Program-made: the position numbers and the translations under genes
Origin: Phoronis australis
Taxonomy: Eukaryota; Animalia; Phoronida
DNA length: 64,000 nt
Assembly: GCA_002633005.1 (NCBI GenBank)
Contig: NMRA01000121.1
Location: 794,897 to 858,896, forward strand
Direction of reading: 5' to 3'
Shown: positions 1-14,000 of the stretch, one piece after another
Layout of the letters: every line of letters begins with the position of its first letter
Numbering within the stretch: the first letter of the stretch is position 1
Notes under the pieces: model-generated
The model's database searches: none
The model's input: the letters and a program-made list of their open reading frames with translations, nothing else
What the model was told of the DNA's origin: nothing

Positions 1-362
1 CAGTCAATCACAATTAACAAGACTCAACTGACTACACAGTCAATCACAATTAACAAGACTCAACTGACTACACAGTCAATCACAATTAACAAGACTCAAC
101 TGACTACACAGTCAATCACAATTAACAAGACTCAACTGACTACACAGTCAATCACAATTAACAAGACTCAACTGACTACACAGTCAATCACAATTAACAA
201 GACTCAACTGACTACACAGTCAATCACAATTAACAAGACTCAACTGACTACACAGTCAATCACAATTAACAAGACTCAACTGACTACACAGTCAATCACA
301 ATTAACAAGACTCAACTGACTACACAGTCAATCACAATTAACAAGACTCAACTGACTACACA
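1..362. repeat. Minisatellite, 36-bp unit CAGTCAATCACAATTAACAAGACTCAACTGACTACA, 10 identical copies (may extend left of the window)
   Basis: Exact 36-bp periodicity; the sequence at 181 restarts the pattern at 1 after five units. Confidence 0.97.
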
Positions 363-1120
363 ACTTTCCATACTTCATCTCATCATTACAACAAATAAAC
401 CTTGTCAGTTTTGCGCATGTAGTCGCAAAGAAAATCTCACGTGTCACCTTTTTCTTCCAATTCCATTTCAATTCGTTTTTTGACGTTTTGTCGATGATTT
501 TCTATCAGACGTCCGATCAGCAAATTTACTGCGAAACAATGCCTTAGTCTTCTTCTACACAGTCAAATAGCATATCGCGCTTTCTGATTCGTTGAATATA
601 ATGGCACTGACTCAACAGCCAATCACATTGCACGTAACAGATAAGATTAGGCAAAGCTGAGTAAAATGACCACGTCCTAGTTGCATTCGGGTTTTCACGA
701 TTTACATGAGAACATGAGAAAGTTTTTTTTCCAGAAATATATCTGCGGGAAAATTTCTGCACAAGAAATTAAAACCGGAATTTCGAACTGAACTATTAAA
801 AACTGAAATTCCAGCAAAAAACGGAAAATTTCCAAGTCTGAATTCACATAACACCACAACAAAGCAGACAACTTTACCTTTCTGAGTGCATGACCACCCA
901 CCTGACTTCAACCCACATACAAGATCCACCCCCTCCACAAATCAGAACCACATCAGACCCTAAAGATATGAGGGTGAGACATTGATCAGACCTACCAACA
1001 CAACTCAGTCTTCTCAGCCACACCATCGCCTCACAAAACCATCAGACCTACCAACACAACTCAGTCTTCTCAGCCACACCATCGCCTCACAAAACCATCA
1101 GACCTACCACCCCTACTTAC

Positions 1121-1233
1121 CCTCCTCCTCGGCCACCCCTTCTTAGGCCACCTCGTGTCCGACCCATTTCTCTCCTCTTGTTCGCTGTGTTGGGCTTGGC
1201 TAGCGTGACGTTCATTTCCAAATCTCCCAGTTT
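1121..1233 (-). CDS. SYNCRIP: Second copy of SYNCRIP-like exon 8 (probably the other allele)
   Basis: Same 113-bp exon with one synonymous difference (AAC/AAT), inside the 1017-1859 duplicate. Confidence 0.6.
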
Positions 1234-1964
1234 CTACAAGATAGACACATCAAAACTATGACAGGCAGCACAGATATGAACAAGATGGCCATTGAAACAC
1301 CTGTTCACCCACATTTGCTTCTGTTAGTAGTCCAGTTGGATTTTGTTGATAGTTTCAGGACTTTGCCAGTTGGCATATCGAAAACCATGTTTAAAAGAAT
1401 TATGCAATTGTATTTTTGGAGCACGGGAATTAATTATGCCTCTGACAAGATGTGTTGATTACTTTGTATGTTCATTTAATACGGTATGATAGTATAAAAA
1501 CAAAAATAACCTATAGTGTTTCAGCAAAATGGCAGTACTTGCACAACATTCAAACCAGATAACTTCACCTTGAAATGTTTGTTTTACATTTAAAGACAAC
1601 AAAACTCTTGAAAGCCCGTTCTTGTCAATAAGAACACGCATCTGACAATTATCACGATTCTTTGTGGTTTCCCACACAGTGAAGCAGAACCAAAAAAAAC
1701 ATCTCGAAAATAATAAAAATGGCCACTAGATGGCAGACTTTGACAAATCTATCTGAAAATGTAAAGATGTCGTTGTCTGCACCAAGTACGGGTAATTCAG
1801 TCTATGAGAGCAGTGCTGACAGTAAATGTGTACAAACAGATCGTTAATATCCACAATGANGCCACACCATCGCCTCACAAAACCATCAGACCTACCAACA
1901 CAACTCAGTCTTCTCAGCCACACCATCGCCTCACAAAACCAACAGACCTACCACCCCTACTTAC

Positions 1965-2077
1965 CCTCCTCCTCGGCCACCCCTTCTTAGGCCACCTCGT
2001 GTCCGACCCATTTCTCTCCTCTTGTTCGCTGTGTTGGGCTTGGCTAGCGTGACATTCATTTCCAAATCTCCCAGTTT
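1965..2077 (-). CDS. SYNCRIP: SYNCRIP-like coding exon 8 (RRM3 end, RGG start)
   Basis: [37 protein letters not shown]; acceptor TTGTAG, donor GTAAGT. Confidence 0.88.
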
Positions 2078-5000
2078 CTACAAGATAGACACATCAAAAC
2101 TATGACAGGCAGCACAGATATGAACAAGATGGCCATTGAAACACCTGTTCACCCACATTTTGCTTCTGTTAGTAGTCCAGTTGGATTTTGTTGATAGTTT
2201 CAGGACTTTGTCAGTTGGCATATCGAAAACCATGTTTAAAAGAATTATGCAATTGTATTTTTGGAGCACGGGAATTAATTATGCCTCTGACAAGATGTGT
2301 TGATTACTTTGTATGTTCATTTAATACGGTATGATAGTATAAAAACAAAAATAACCTTTAGTGTTTCAGCAAAATGGCAGTACTTGCACAACATTCAAAC
2401 CAGATAACTTCACCTTGAAATGTTGGTTTTACATTTAAAGACAACAAAACTCTTGAAAGCCCGTTCTTGTCAATAAGAACACGCATCTGACAATTATCAC
2501 GATTCTTTGTGGTTTCCCACACAGTGAAGCAGAACCAAAAAAAAACATCTCGAAAATAATAAAAATGGCCACTAGATGGCAGACTTTGACAAATCTATCT
2601 GAAAATGTAAAGATGTCGTTGTCTGCACTAAGTACGGGTAATTCAGTCTATGAGAGCAGTGCTGACAGTAAATGTGTACAAACAGATCGTTAATATCCAC
2701 AATGACCACAAGCAGATAACACCAGCCAACAACTTTACCTCAAACAACAGTTGTCAAAATCAGATATCCCAAAACAGTCAAGACCAACAAAAGTCTTGAG
2801 CATAAGCAATTAACTTCACTTCGCATTCCGTCGATGATGAAGAGAAATAGATTACAGTTGAACACATATAGAAATTATCATCAAGTAAACACTAGCTCAA
2901 CCAAATGACCTTCACCCTGACCTGATTATCCAAGTCTTCCATGGCCGACACTGCATCTTCCCTCTTCTCAAAGTGCACAAAAGCATAATCTTTAATCTTC
3001 TTCACTTTCTCCACTGTACCATACGGCTCAAACTTGGTCTTGAGCATCTCTTCAGTCACATTTGAAGACAGGTTTCTCACATACAATACTTTCACCTGCA
3101 ATTTAGTTATGACATCATAACCAAATTCTGCTCATTGACATATGAAGCAACTGCTTCCACTCACCAGCTGCTGAACTACTTTGGGAATTAGTCAAGTCTT
3201 CACAAAATGTAAGCCATAGCACTAAAGCATGATTATAATTTACATCTGTCAGAATACTGCTACCCATAAGATATCTGCCATAGCACAGAAGTACAATTTA
3301 GTCATGTCAGTCACAATGCCCCTAAACGTTCCACCTGTAGTAGGGAAGCATGACTTACTTACGTCAGTCGCACCAATGCCCTGAGAAGATAACAGCTATA
3401 ACATGGATGCATGATTTAATGCATGGCTATCTCAGCTTACCTTGGCCATCGTCTCTGCATCTGGTTCTGGCTGAGGTTCAGCCCACTCAGCTGATGTTGT
3501 TATGTTACCCCAGACTTTGCACTTGCCAGACATTATCTTGCGTATGGCTGTAGATGCTGCTTTGTGATTAGCGAAGTCAAGGAAAGCAAAACCACGATTC
3601 TTAAGATTGTCATCAAGACTTGAATAGATAATGACGTCACTGAGCTCCTCTGAAGTTGAAATGACAAAGATTCAAGTTAGTAGTCAAACTCCAACCGCAA
3701 TTACAAATCTGAACAGTTGTACAAAGTTACACAACTATTCTTACACATTATGGTATCAATATCTGTTCATTTTGATGATACATACAACCTAAACACTCGA
3801 GTTGTTTGTTACTGTGTACATTCATCCCATAAACATTAAAAGGTTCCTGAAGTACAACAACATGCATTTTTAATGCAATTTAATTGATGAATAAAGTTCA
3901 TATCAAAAATCAAATCTTCGTTATTCTTTCACATTTTTTTGTAAAAAAGCGTTTTCCAAAGTTTATTTCTATTGGCTAACACACATCTGACGTCACTGAG
4001 GCTGTACTGTGGGTGAAGGCCATGTCAGAATAAACATTGATTAAGTAATTAGTAAGAATAGATCCATTTTGAGTTGCCCAAAATTTGTGCATGTGTACCT
4101 TTAAATCATGGGGTCAGACTTGTTGACATGTACTTTAACGTCAAAATCTATTTTTAGATGGTGTTTACAACTTTGGGTTCTGGAGTCAAAGTACTCTAGT
4201 GATTCTAGAAAATTCTGAGAACAAATTGTAACAGCCAATAATATGAGTGGATATGATCATGTGGTTTTTATTAGCCAATCACTAAATAAGTAGAATGTTA
4301 TATTATGGGCTGAAATCAACAAGATAATTAGATGAGCTATAGTAGTTGAAGCACAAAGACTTGCTACAGCGTACAGAGGAAATTGTACGACAGAGCCATC
4401 TCGTGGAAGATTCTATGAAGGATCTTGGCAAGGGCAAGGGTTAACGAACAGGAAGTTAACTAAGAGCTTGTCACTTGCATCGTGGGTAGTAAGATACTAC
4501 CTGAAGTGTTGCGTCATCAGCCAGAGACTGTGATCAGCAAGAAGAATCGCGGGTGGAAGAAATTGCCTGCAAGTGTTGCATCACCAGAGACGGTGACCAG
4601 CAAGTACACTGTCGCTATACAGTGTGTGTAGTTCGAAGATTCACCAACAGGACAGACCTCCAACAAGTGGAGAGTCCTAGCTTGGATAGCAGATAAGACA
4701 TTTGATTGTTTTGGTTGTTTGATTAAAGTAATCTTTTAAAGAGGGGGCTAGCGTAGTTACTCTTTGTAGTTGATTACTTAATTAACAATAGGTTTCATTT
4801 GTCTAATTAGGGGTTATCATATAACAAATTAATTATTGGATTTGATTATTCACTCTCCATCTACGCACAATCCCAAAGCATAGCTACCTTTTAAACAAAC
4901 CCACAGTCAATCTCTGACAGGCAATAAGCTTATTGTATATATTATGTATATAGCTCATGGGGTGAATGCTTCTCGGCTACAGAACTGTGCTTAATGTGTA

Positions 5001-8000
5001 TAATTCGTATGCGACCTCGGCTCCAAAAAGTTCATAATACAAGTTTACTGCAGTGTAGTGTTGACTATGTAGTGGAACGATGCCGTTCTCGGCACAGGCC
5101 AGAAAGGGCCGCGACTGCACAGCCTTGCCTTGGTGTAAGCTGTATAGCAAATATACAGCGGCCATTGCACCGACGTGGGAAAAACTGATCAAATAAAATC
5201 TGACACAAAATTAGTGTCATTAAAAATTACACTCTTCCTCGAGTAAACTAAATTATTTAAAGGAGCATGCCACCCAAAAAACAACCTAATTTGTATCAAT
5301 TTAGATCGAGTAGTTCTACTCCATAACGACACGTACAGTTGCGTTACCAGACACCTGACGGCAGACGGAAGTGTTGAAATTATCCAATGACGTCATCGGT
5401 TTCACACGCAGTCTGTTCAGCAGTTCACAACACGGGTTACTGGTGTCAGGTTATCGCTTGAAGTCATCATTTAACACCAATAAATCATCAAACTTCGATG
5501 TAAAACCCTTAAAAATACACCGAGTTCTTATAAAAACGTGTTGTTTTATTTCGCTCTTACAGATTTATTGGTATTTGGACACACCGTAGCCTGGCAAAGT
5601 TCGGCAGGCCAATAAGGTACGTAACAGGAGTTTGGGGTCTGTTCGGAGATAATTTCGAAGTATTTTCCATGAGATACAGACAGGAGAACCTAGATCTGTG
5701 TTGTTTAGACTAATGATTTTTTTGAGTTCTAAACGCAAAACGCTCGTTATCCTGGCTAGTGGCTCGGAGCCCGATCAAGTCCGTCGCGGCCGGCCGGATT
5801 GACTTCATTGTTANCACGGAGATGTTTCACGGCCTCATACTTGCTATTTACAGCGTACATTTCATTCTGTACTACCATGAGCCACTTCTTAAGCATTTTG
5901 GACTCTCGAGGAAGTAAAAACGATATACCGCTTTCCTCGCAGCTGCTTAGTTCGGACAAGCGGGAACGATGCACCGCAACATAGCGGCATTCACTCTGCA
6001 TATGAACCACTGACGTCGCTAGAGTCGTTTCTCACCTTCCTCACAGGTTAACGTGACACCTCTTGGCAAGGTAAGGTCGACCGCATGCGAGGCGATGTGG
6101 ATATAGACCGATTAAGACGGCAAAAAAGACTAAGTTAAATCGGGTGGCATTTTCCTTTAATGGTGTTGAAAAAAATTGGCGTTCTGCCGTTCACTCTGCT
6201 ACTAAAATCAGGGCTCGGAATGACCAATGGCGAAAAACGTGGAAATTTTTACGGCCCGAAACAATGCGCGAAGCCAGCCTTGAAAAAGTCGGTCTGGACC
6301 TTTTGCCGACAAAAATCGGGACTAAAAAAAAACGGTACCACCTCCGTAAGCGTGCGTCTGCCTTAGCTCGTCCGCCACTCCCACCTCCAAACATTTTTGG
6401 CTGCAGAGTTGTAATATTTGTCACCGCGGTTTACAATCCCACGAGCCGCCATTGAGGAAATCCACCACGCTATCCCAGATGCCCCGGCAATGTTGATAAT
6501 TTACGTTCCTCCAAAACATAAAGAGCAACTTCCGCTTTTTCGAGGTGAAAGTCGTCGGCAACGTGGCGGTAAGAAAGAAATTTGCAGTGGAAATTTTATA
6601 TCAAATCCGATTTTTTTAAGCGGAAATAATATGCGGACAGAACATTTGAAAGAAGCGGAAATCCACGATTCCGCGGAAAATTCCAAGCCTTGTAAAATTT
6701 GGGAGCGTTCTTTAAGGTCGGCTTTCGGCGTCATAACCTGTTGCCAGTTTCGTTATCCGAGTTGTTCTTCCAAGTATAACAAGCTATCGAACTGTTCTTC
6801 GAAGTTGCATACATGTCACAACTAGTTATTAGCGCTGATTTGATTTCCTTACACGTTTTTAGTATTTGAAGACGGGCTTTTTGGTAGAATCTACAAATGC
6901 TTGAAATGTTGGCGGATGCAGCATCACCGATGGAGCTCATAATTTGCATGTTGCATATAACCATCATATAGCTTGTTATACGGCATTTTTTGCTGAAGGT
7001 TCGGTTTTCAAAAAGTCACAAAAACCGTGTTCTTTTCCCGTTTATTATGAGAAACTTGACACTTGAGTGTACCTCAAAAACAGGCAAATGTATTCCGCTT
7101 CATCTGTTGTTACATTGGATAATTAGCCTTAAAAAGCAATTGGCTATTAAAAATAACTGTACTTTGTCCAAATAAAAAAATTTAAACGACTTCTTTGTTC
7201 TTCTTTGTTGATTTACTGTCGTTCTATATTGAGGGCAGTGAAGTGAGGTGTACAAAAACGTGATTTTTGTCCAAGTTCAAAGACTTATTTTTAGGAATCG
7301 CAGAGGTTTACCCAAAAAAGATATGCATTTGTGCTTGAATTGAACTTCGCTCTTTTATTTCATGCATAGCTAATATTGGTAAAACTTACCCCAGGCTCAC
7401 AATTTTGAAATGATCGGCCGCAGTGAATTTTCGAAAATGCCCTTGAGGCGTCGCTAGTAAACGGTCATAAATTGCTAATTTTGGTACATTCGGCGTCATT
7501 CTTGTACTTTGCACTGTGATGTAATAAGTCAAAGTCCAAGACACACTTTATGAATGGCATGACACAGGGCGAAAGGGTTAGCTATATCGGCTTTCATCTC
7601 AGAGCCTTTCGGTTCGAGATTAGCACAAATCAAAATGGCTGTAGCAGACGGCTTCAGATGTTTGTTTGCAGGAAGATCAAGCTATAAATGCTCAACAGTG
7701 GGCAAACAAAAAACCCGTTACCGGTTAATAAAATAATACGGCGAGCCTTATGAAACAAATTAAAGTGTCTGAAGACATTGAGAAATGGCAGTTGTTAATG
7801 AACCGAGGAGGATTTGAGCAACTTGACGAGCTCACAGCATGTCCCCGACACCGCTTGGACTTCGGCTTGGGGTTTCGGCCGAAGAAACACTGTTGTTATC
7901 CAGGTCATCGTGGACGAAGGGGTGGAGGCATAACTGCATCCAAGTCGAGCAGACCGGTGACCATGAAGTTCGCAAGTCTTGTAAAAAGTTTTAGAAATGA

Positions 8001-11000
8001 GATCTTACCCATTGGCACAGGTGAGGAATGTGAAAGCTACTAAAGCATTTAATTTTGTAATTATGATTCGTCTCTGGCATAGACGTAGTCATTGGTGAGG
8101 GGTTCAAGTGGATCAATTGCTCGCCATTGCATGATCATTGCAAAATAATCCCACCAGTGGCGAATCATTTCAATTTTGTGTTTATCTCCCTGGTCTCATT
8201 CGCCCCACCCCCACCCAGTACCTCAGCGTTGGCTCACCTGTTGAATACATCTGTGCCAGTGATGACTTATATAACTTTACACCAGTATTGAGGCAATCTT
8301 TGTTGATTTTAATTATCATGCAAGCACACTGTCCTACTGTATTCACCTAATTCTAGTTTGATGTCTCATGAGTCTCAGGCTGGAAATTGATTTAACCAGA
8401 AGGCAGAACTACTATAATTTACGGTACATATCAAATTTGCTTTTGCCAGCGAGTCTCTCCTGCTGGATCAAGGCCAAAATAATACCTTCTGACCGCTCAG
8501 AGACTCTTAGTCCCAGACACAGTGCATCCATTCACCCATGCAGCACAATATTAGTGGCGGATTTAGGGGAGGGGAGGCAAGGGGCCATGCCCCCCCTAAA
8601 ATTCTTCCAGATTCCATTTAGCAGTTCGAGGATGTGAATGTCTGACTGTCTGATGGGCAAAATCCTGGCTAAAACTCTGCCCTGGCCCTCCCTAACTCAA
8701 AATCCTGGATCTGCCTCAGCATGTGAGGGTAAGAAGTGTTTTCTGGATGCAGTATGGCATACCAGTACAGTCAGTATACAGGCCGTGATTTGCAATTCAA
8801 CTCGCCTACATACAATGGCTTTGGTTATCAGTGAAGAAAGGTCATCTGCTGTGATTGAGTCTTGAACCTGGTGTTGTTCTTGCGTCATAATCAATCATGG
8901 TAAGAGCTAATGTCCCTAGGCGAGTAAATTAGAGGCCTTCATACAGGCCAGACCATTTGAAGAACCATGCAGAAGTCACAACAGACTGGTGATGACAGTG
9001 ACCAAGTGGTATAAAACAGCAAATTTAGGTGACTGTTGCGTTGTAATACGTGAATGCTCCTGCCCAACCGAGATGAGACCAACTTCCAAAAGATTGAGTT
9101 AACATGGCACTGCACTCATTCTACAGTTTTTGCATCCACAGTGCAACGTGTGGCAAGCTTTTGTCCCGTTTCCTCACAGTTAGTCACCATCTTATATCCT
9201 GATTGTTATGTAATCCATTATCCTAACACTGGTAGTTAAACTTTTTATTCTTGCATTTTGGGTTACAGTGCTTCTCAAATCTTTGCAAAAGGACAAATAT
9301 TAGGCGTAAATGTCTAATAAGTGACAGGCCCTAGGGCCGGCCACCACAGTTTGTTTTTGTCGCACCATCAAGAGTAGAATATCTGTTAGTGATTTATGTA
9401 TGGTTCTTTGGAATTCTATGGAGAAGAATTGATAAAAAACTAGTCTGTTATTATAATTGCAACTTACTTTTTGATTGCAGCTATTTGTGGTAGTTGTAGA
9501 TTGTTGGTCTACAAAACAACGGAAACAACACTGTGGTGAGGGCACGTCATCTCAAACTTCAGGGGAATTGGTAAGTTATAATGGAAAACTGCCCCACAAG
9601 CTGTGAATCACTACCCAGTGGTATGAAGAGCTTGTTTTTTAAATTTACCATCATGTTACTAAAAATGTTATGACTATCAAATGATATTGACCCATTGTCA
9701 CTAATTGAGATTGATTCGCCGACTTGAGGAATGGATGAAGGAATGGATGTTCATACTAGTAGCTGGTGCGCTTACATACATGTAGTATAGGAGGATAAAA
9801 TAGTTGTCCATCAGCGACCTGTTTTTGACCCAACTTTTTAGCCCATCCTGAGCCTATGTTCGGGGTACTGGCGGTGAATCTTTGTCACTTGGTCATCAGT
9901 GAGTTGTTCTTATCTGTCATTCACTTTTTAGGTAAAAGCATTTCTTTGTTTTTGAATTACAATAAATCCTTGTTTTTAGGAGTACTGAGATGCTAGAAAG
10001 CATACAAAATTGGGAAAGGTTATGTTGTAAAGCTACCTGCCGACACCCCAGTCATCAAACTGACAACGCTGGAAGATCCTTGCATAACACATTCTCCAAG
10101 ACCTTTGCAGCCAGATACCTCAAGGTCTCAACTATTTCTCCGTAAGGAACCTGATTGCCATCTGTCATTTGGCTCCAAGACAGAGCTGGATGCCCACACT
10201 GAAGAAGGGTAGCATGAGAAGAAGCAAGCAGACAACCAAATAGTTTTTGACGGCATCAGACAAAAATGGGCTGCAATCATTTCTGGCATTACAAAAAAGG
10301 TAAACAATTTGTGCCGTAATGTATAACTTGAGCACGTAATTAAATATCCTATCCCTAGTATTCTGTTGGATGAATGTATTCATTTGTGTGTAAGCCCGTG
10401 GGCTTGGGTTACTCCAAAAAATGAGACTGTGCCTCTGCACACATGAACTTGTCTCGAATATTTGTACAAAAACCCATAAGGTTCTACAAATATTCAGGTG
10501 CGAACACAAATTTCAATTATGCTTCAAGTGATATACTAATCCATGAATGGTGGAAATGGTTCCATGTTCATGCCTGTAAATTCCAATTGCGGTCCTCTAA
10601 AACACAATCCTCAAACGAAAGAAATCTGCAGTTCCAGACCTTTGAACTCCACACCAGCTAAAAATGCTCGATACACTTGGACCAAACTCATGTCCTTGGA
10701 ATCGTGTTAGAAAGGAAGTTCAGATGAGAAATCTTCATGGAACTGGAATTTGGTGCTTGTGTAAGGAGATTTTACAATGCAAGAGTGGAGATTAGGAGCA
10801 CGGGTCTAGGGATTTGTATCACAGGGTTGGAGTTTGCAGAATTGGTTAAGGATTCGTTTGCATCCCATGATGGAAGTTTCCAGAGACAGCTCTGGTTTGA
10901 ACTAAGTGGCATGAAGAGTGGGCCCATACCCAAGCAAGAGGGTGTATGGGGCAGGTGAGTTCGTAAGTTAAATTAGTGTGTTGGCCATTGACTGGAGTAC

Positions 11001-14000
11001 TTGGCATTGCTTTGGAAAGTAGTATTGAGCAACTTTTTGTTTTGGCAAAGTGTGTTGGACGGAAATTAAAACATAAAAAAGCAGAAGTGCGTCACTCGAT
11101 TACATGTAATGTGCAATGCTAACTTGTCATATAAAAAACAACGGATTCCAACCCAAAATATGAAGCAAAAGCGATGCTTTTCAAAAATGGTGCTGCACTG
11201 TGTTTTAACAGTCTAGGAATGAAAATCAGTTTTTACTGATTTTCATTCTGTTAAAATATTTTTTAAATAGAAATGATCACAGCGAAATACAAAACCATGT
11301 CTGACATATGATGGAATTATCTTCCATGCAATTTCTTCATGAATACTGTGTTAGGTAGAAAATTTCAATGTTTTTTTTTTCAAAATGTTCGTTTCAGAGG
11401 CTAGCATTCAAATAGCAAGAGATCTTTGGTGTGTCCACCCTGGAAAAGGGTTGGGGACTGAAATCCTCAAAACAAGAGCAACGCAGAGAGTTGAAATGCG
11501 CTCACAATTGCACCGCATACGGTATCCTTCTAGGGTTGTTTATTGGTACCATGAAGTGGCCAGTAGAGGGCATATATGTAGTATGTTGTACTTTGCAAAA
11601 TGGAAAGGCATGGTCATTGTCTCCTCAATAGGCTAGGGGCAAAATGTGAGTGATCTTCATAATACAAGCACATCCTATACATCAGTTGCTTAAAGCACCA
11701 CAGAAACATAGAATTAAAAACAAATTTACCAACATACAAGATTAGCACAGCATTAGAATGCCAGAAACACATTTCTCCTTGGAACTTTTCCTTCATAGTC
11801 ACGAAGTAACACAAAGTATACACCTGAAGACCTATGAAAATACAGAGGTCAATGTAAAATAATTAAATTGCCATTAGAGGCATACCGGTAGTCAGAATCA
11901 TCCTAAAGTCGCCATCGTCCGTTGTCAACATCACATAAATACACTTGCTAAATTTAGTAAAGATCCTCCAAACGGTTTGGGAGATACAGCCATGGGCGTA
12001 AAAAAAAACCTGCCACTAAGAGGCGCCATAGTAATCAAAGTCATGGGAAATTCAGTGTCAACCGTCCTCTTCATAGTAAGCATATACATGCCAATTTTCA
12101 CAATCATCCTTTGAGCGGTTTGGTTGATAGAGGGGTGGACGCACAAAAACAGACTCGAAAACAGTAAAAATGGCCACTAGGTGGCGCAAACTATGTCGAA
12201 TCCATCTAAAATGAGAGGATAGCGTCACCTCACTAAAAGGTGCCTACATACCAAATTTCATAAAAATCCGTTCACAACCTTTAAAGATACAAAGGTAAGC
12301 GTAAAAAACTAAAATTGCCACTAGGGGGCACACCGGTAGTCGGATCCGTCCGAAAGTTCGCACATGCCGTCCCATTCATGAATGGAACACATGTGCCAAA
12401 TTTCATGAACGTATGTCAAAGGGTTTTGGAGACAAAGCAGCGGACGCCGGACGGAGATGACGGCATAATGCGTCCACATATAAATATGTGGGCGCATAAA
12501 AAGATTACAAATGACAGCTGGTGTTAGACAGTTCTTGACAAAGATCTACAACGATGGTGAGAAGAGTGGCTAGAAATTGATCCCTGACCAGTGCATGCAT
12601 CAAGTCCGTGCCAACTTTAATGTAAATTAGTGAACATCAAAACAAATTGCAAACTTTTTCCAAGACTCACAGTTCAGAAAAAAGACACCAGTTTGTGGAC
12701 GTTGAGGATTAGGAGGATGTAGCCAATGACAGAGAAGCATGGGAACAAGAAGTGCGTGAAAATATAATGAAAGAAATGGGTGGGCTTCATCCCGTGATGT
12801 TCGGAGATAAAGATTTGTGTGAGCTGCTCTAACAAAATGGGCTCTCAAAACTTAAAGTTGTGACTTTAAGACAAATTTGTCGTACAGTTGGTATTGAATT
12901 CGGTCAACAGAAGTCAGAGGTGATGTCAGCACTCACAGAGTACTTACAGATGTGTACCTGTTGCGTTTAAAGTAGTGCACTTTATTGACTGTACCACGTC
13001 TAAATTGAAAACATCGTTATGGTATGGTATGTCAGTTCAGAGCATTTCATCTACAGCACTGCTTCGTTTTCGAATAAACGCCCACATCTTTATACGTGGT
13101 TGCATATTGCCTTCATCTGTCTAGGCGTTCGTCATCTGGCGTATGCAGCTGTGTCTCCTAAACCCCTCACAGGAACTTGATGAGATTAGGCAGATGTGTT
13201 CCTATCAAACTGACGACGGACAATGACGAATTTCGGACCTCTCTGACTACCGGTGCCCCCTAGTGGCAATTTTTTTGCTAACCTCTACATATTTGTAGGT
13301 CCTCAACGAATTTTCATAAAATTTGGCGGTTAGGCATCTATTAGTGAGATGATGACATCCTCCCGTTGTGACAGATTCGAGGTACTTTGCGCTTCCTAGT
13401 GGCCATTTTTACTATTTTCGAGTCTGTTTTTTTTTGGCGTCCACCCTTCTATCACAACCACTCTGAGGATGATTTTTAAAATTGGTGTTTATGTTCTTAC
13501 TGTGAAGAGGGCGACTGATGATTTTCCGATGACTTCAAATACTGTGGCAGTTTTTTTTTGTGCCCATGGCTCTTTCTCCTAAATCATTTGCAAGATCATT
13601 TACTAAATGTAACAAGTATATTCATATGATGTTGACAATGAACAGCGGCGACTTTCGCATGGATCAGAAAACCGTTACACCCCTAGTGGCAATTTAATTT
13701 TTGCATTTACCTCTGTAGTTTCAAAGGTCCTCGACGGATTTTCATAAAATTGGGTAGTTGGGCATCTAATAGTGATACAACGCATTCCTCTTTGCGTTAC
13801 CTAGCGGCCATTTTTACTGTCAGTATTGCGAGTCTTTTTTGTTGGCGTCCACCTCTATCAACCAAACCAGTCTAGGGGTGGTTTTGAAAATAGGCAAGTA
13901 TGTTCTCAGAGTGATGACGATTTTGTATACTGTGGCGCGTCCTAGTGGTAGTTTTGTTTTGCATCCATTGTGTATCTCCTAAACCAATTGCAAGATCTTT

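Larger units (their letters stand above)
1017..2705. repeat. ~845-bp tandem duplication (1017-1859 and 1861-2705) joined at a single N; likely uncollapsed haplotypes
   Basis: Near-identical copies with a few substitutions and 1-bp indels; the breakpoint is exactly the N at 1860. Confidence 0.9.
7635..12970 (+). pseudogene. Fragmented transposase-like pseudogene of the large element
   Basis: Collinear fragments: [26 protein letters not shown] (7750-8020); [11 protein letters not shown], a decayed C2H2-like [23 protein letters not shown] and [11 protein letters not shown] (about 9985-10295); LEKGWGLK (about 11440-11463); [17 protein letters not shown]...[22 protein letters not shown] and [12 protein letters not shown] (12520-12970). 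Stops and frameshifts present; no catalytic DDE core recognised. Confidence 0.65.

Noticed and set aside
1-362. CRISPR array (36-bp repeats)
   Set aside because: Units are directly adjacent with no spacers, there are no cas genes, and the context is eukaryotic.
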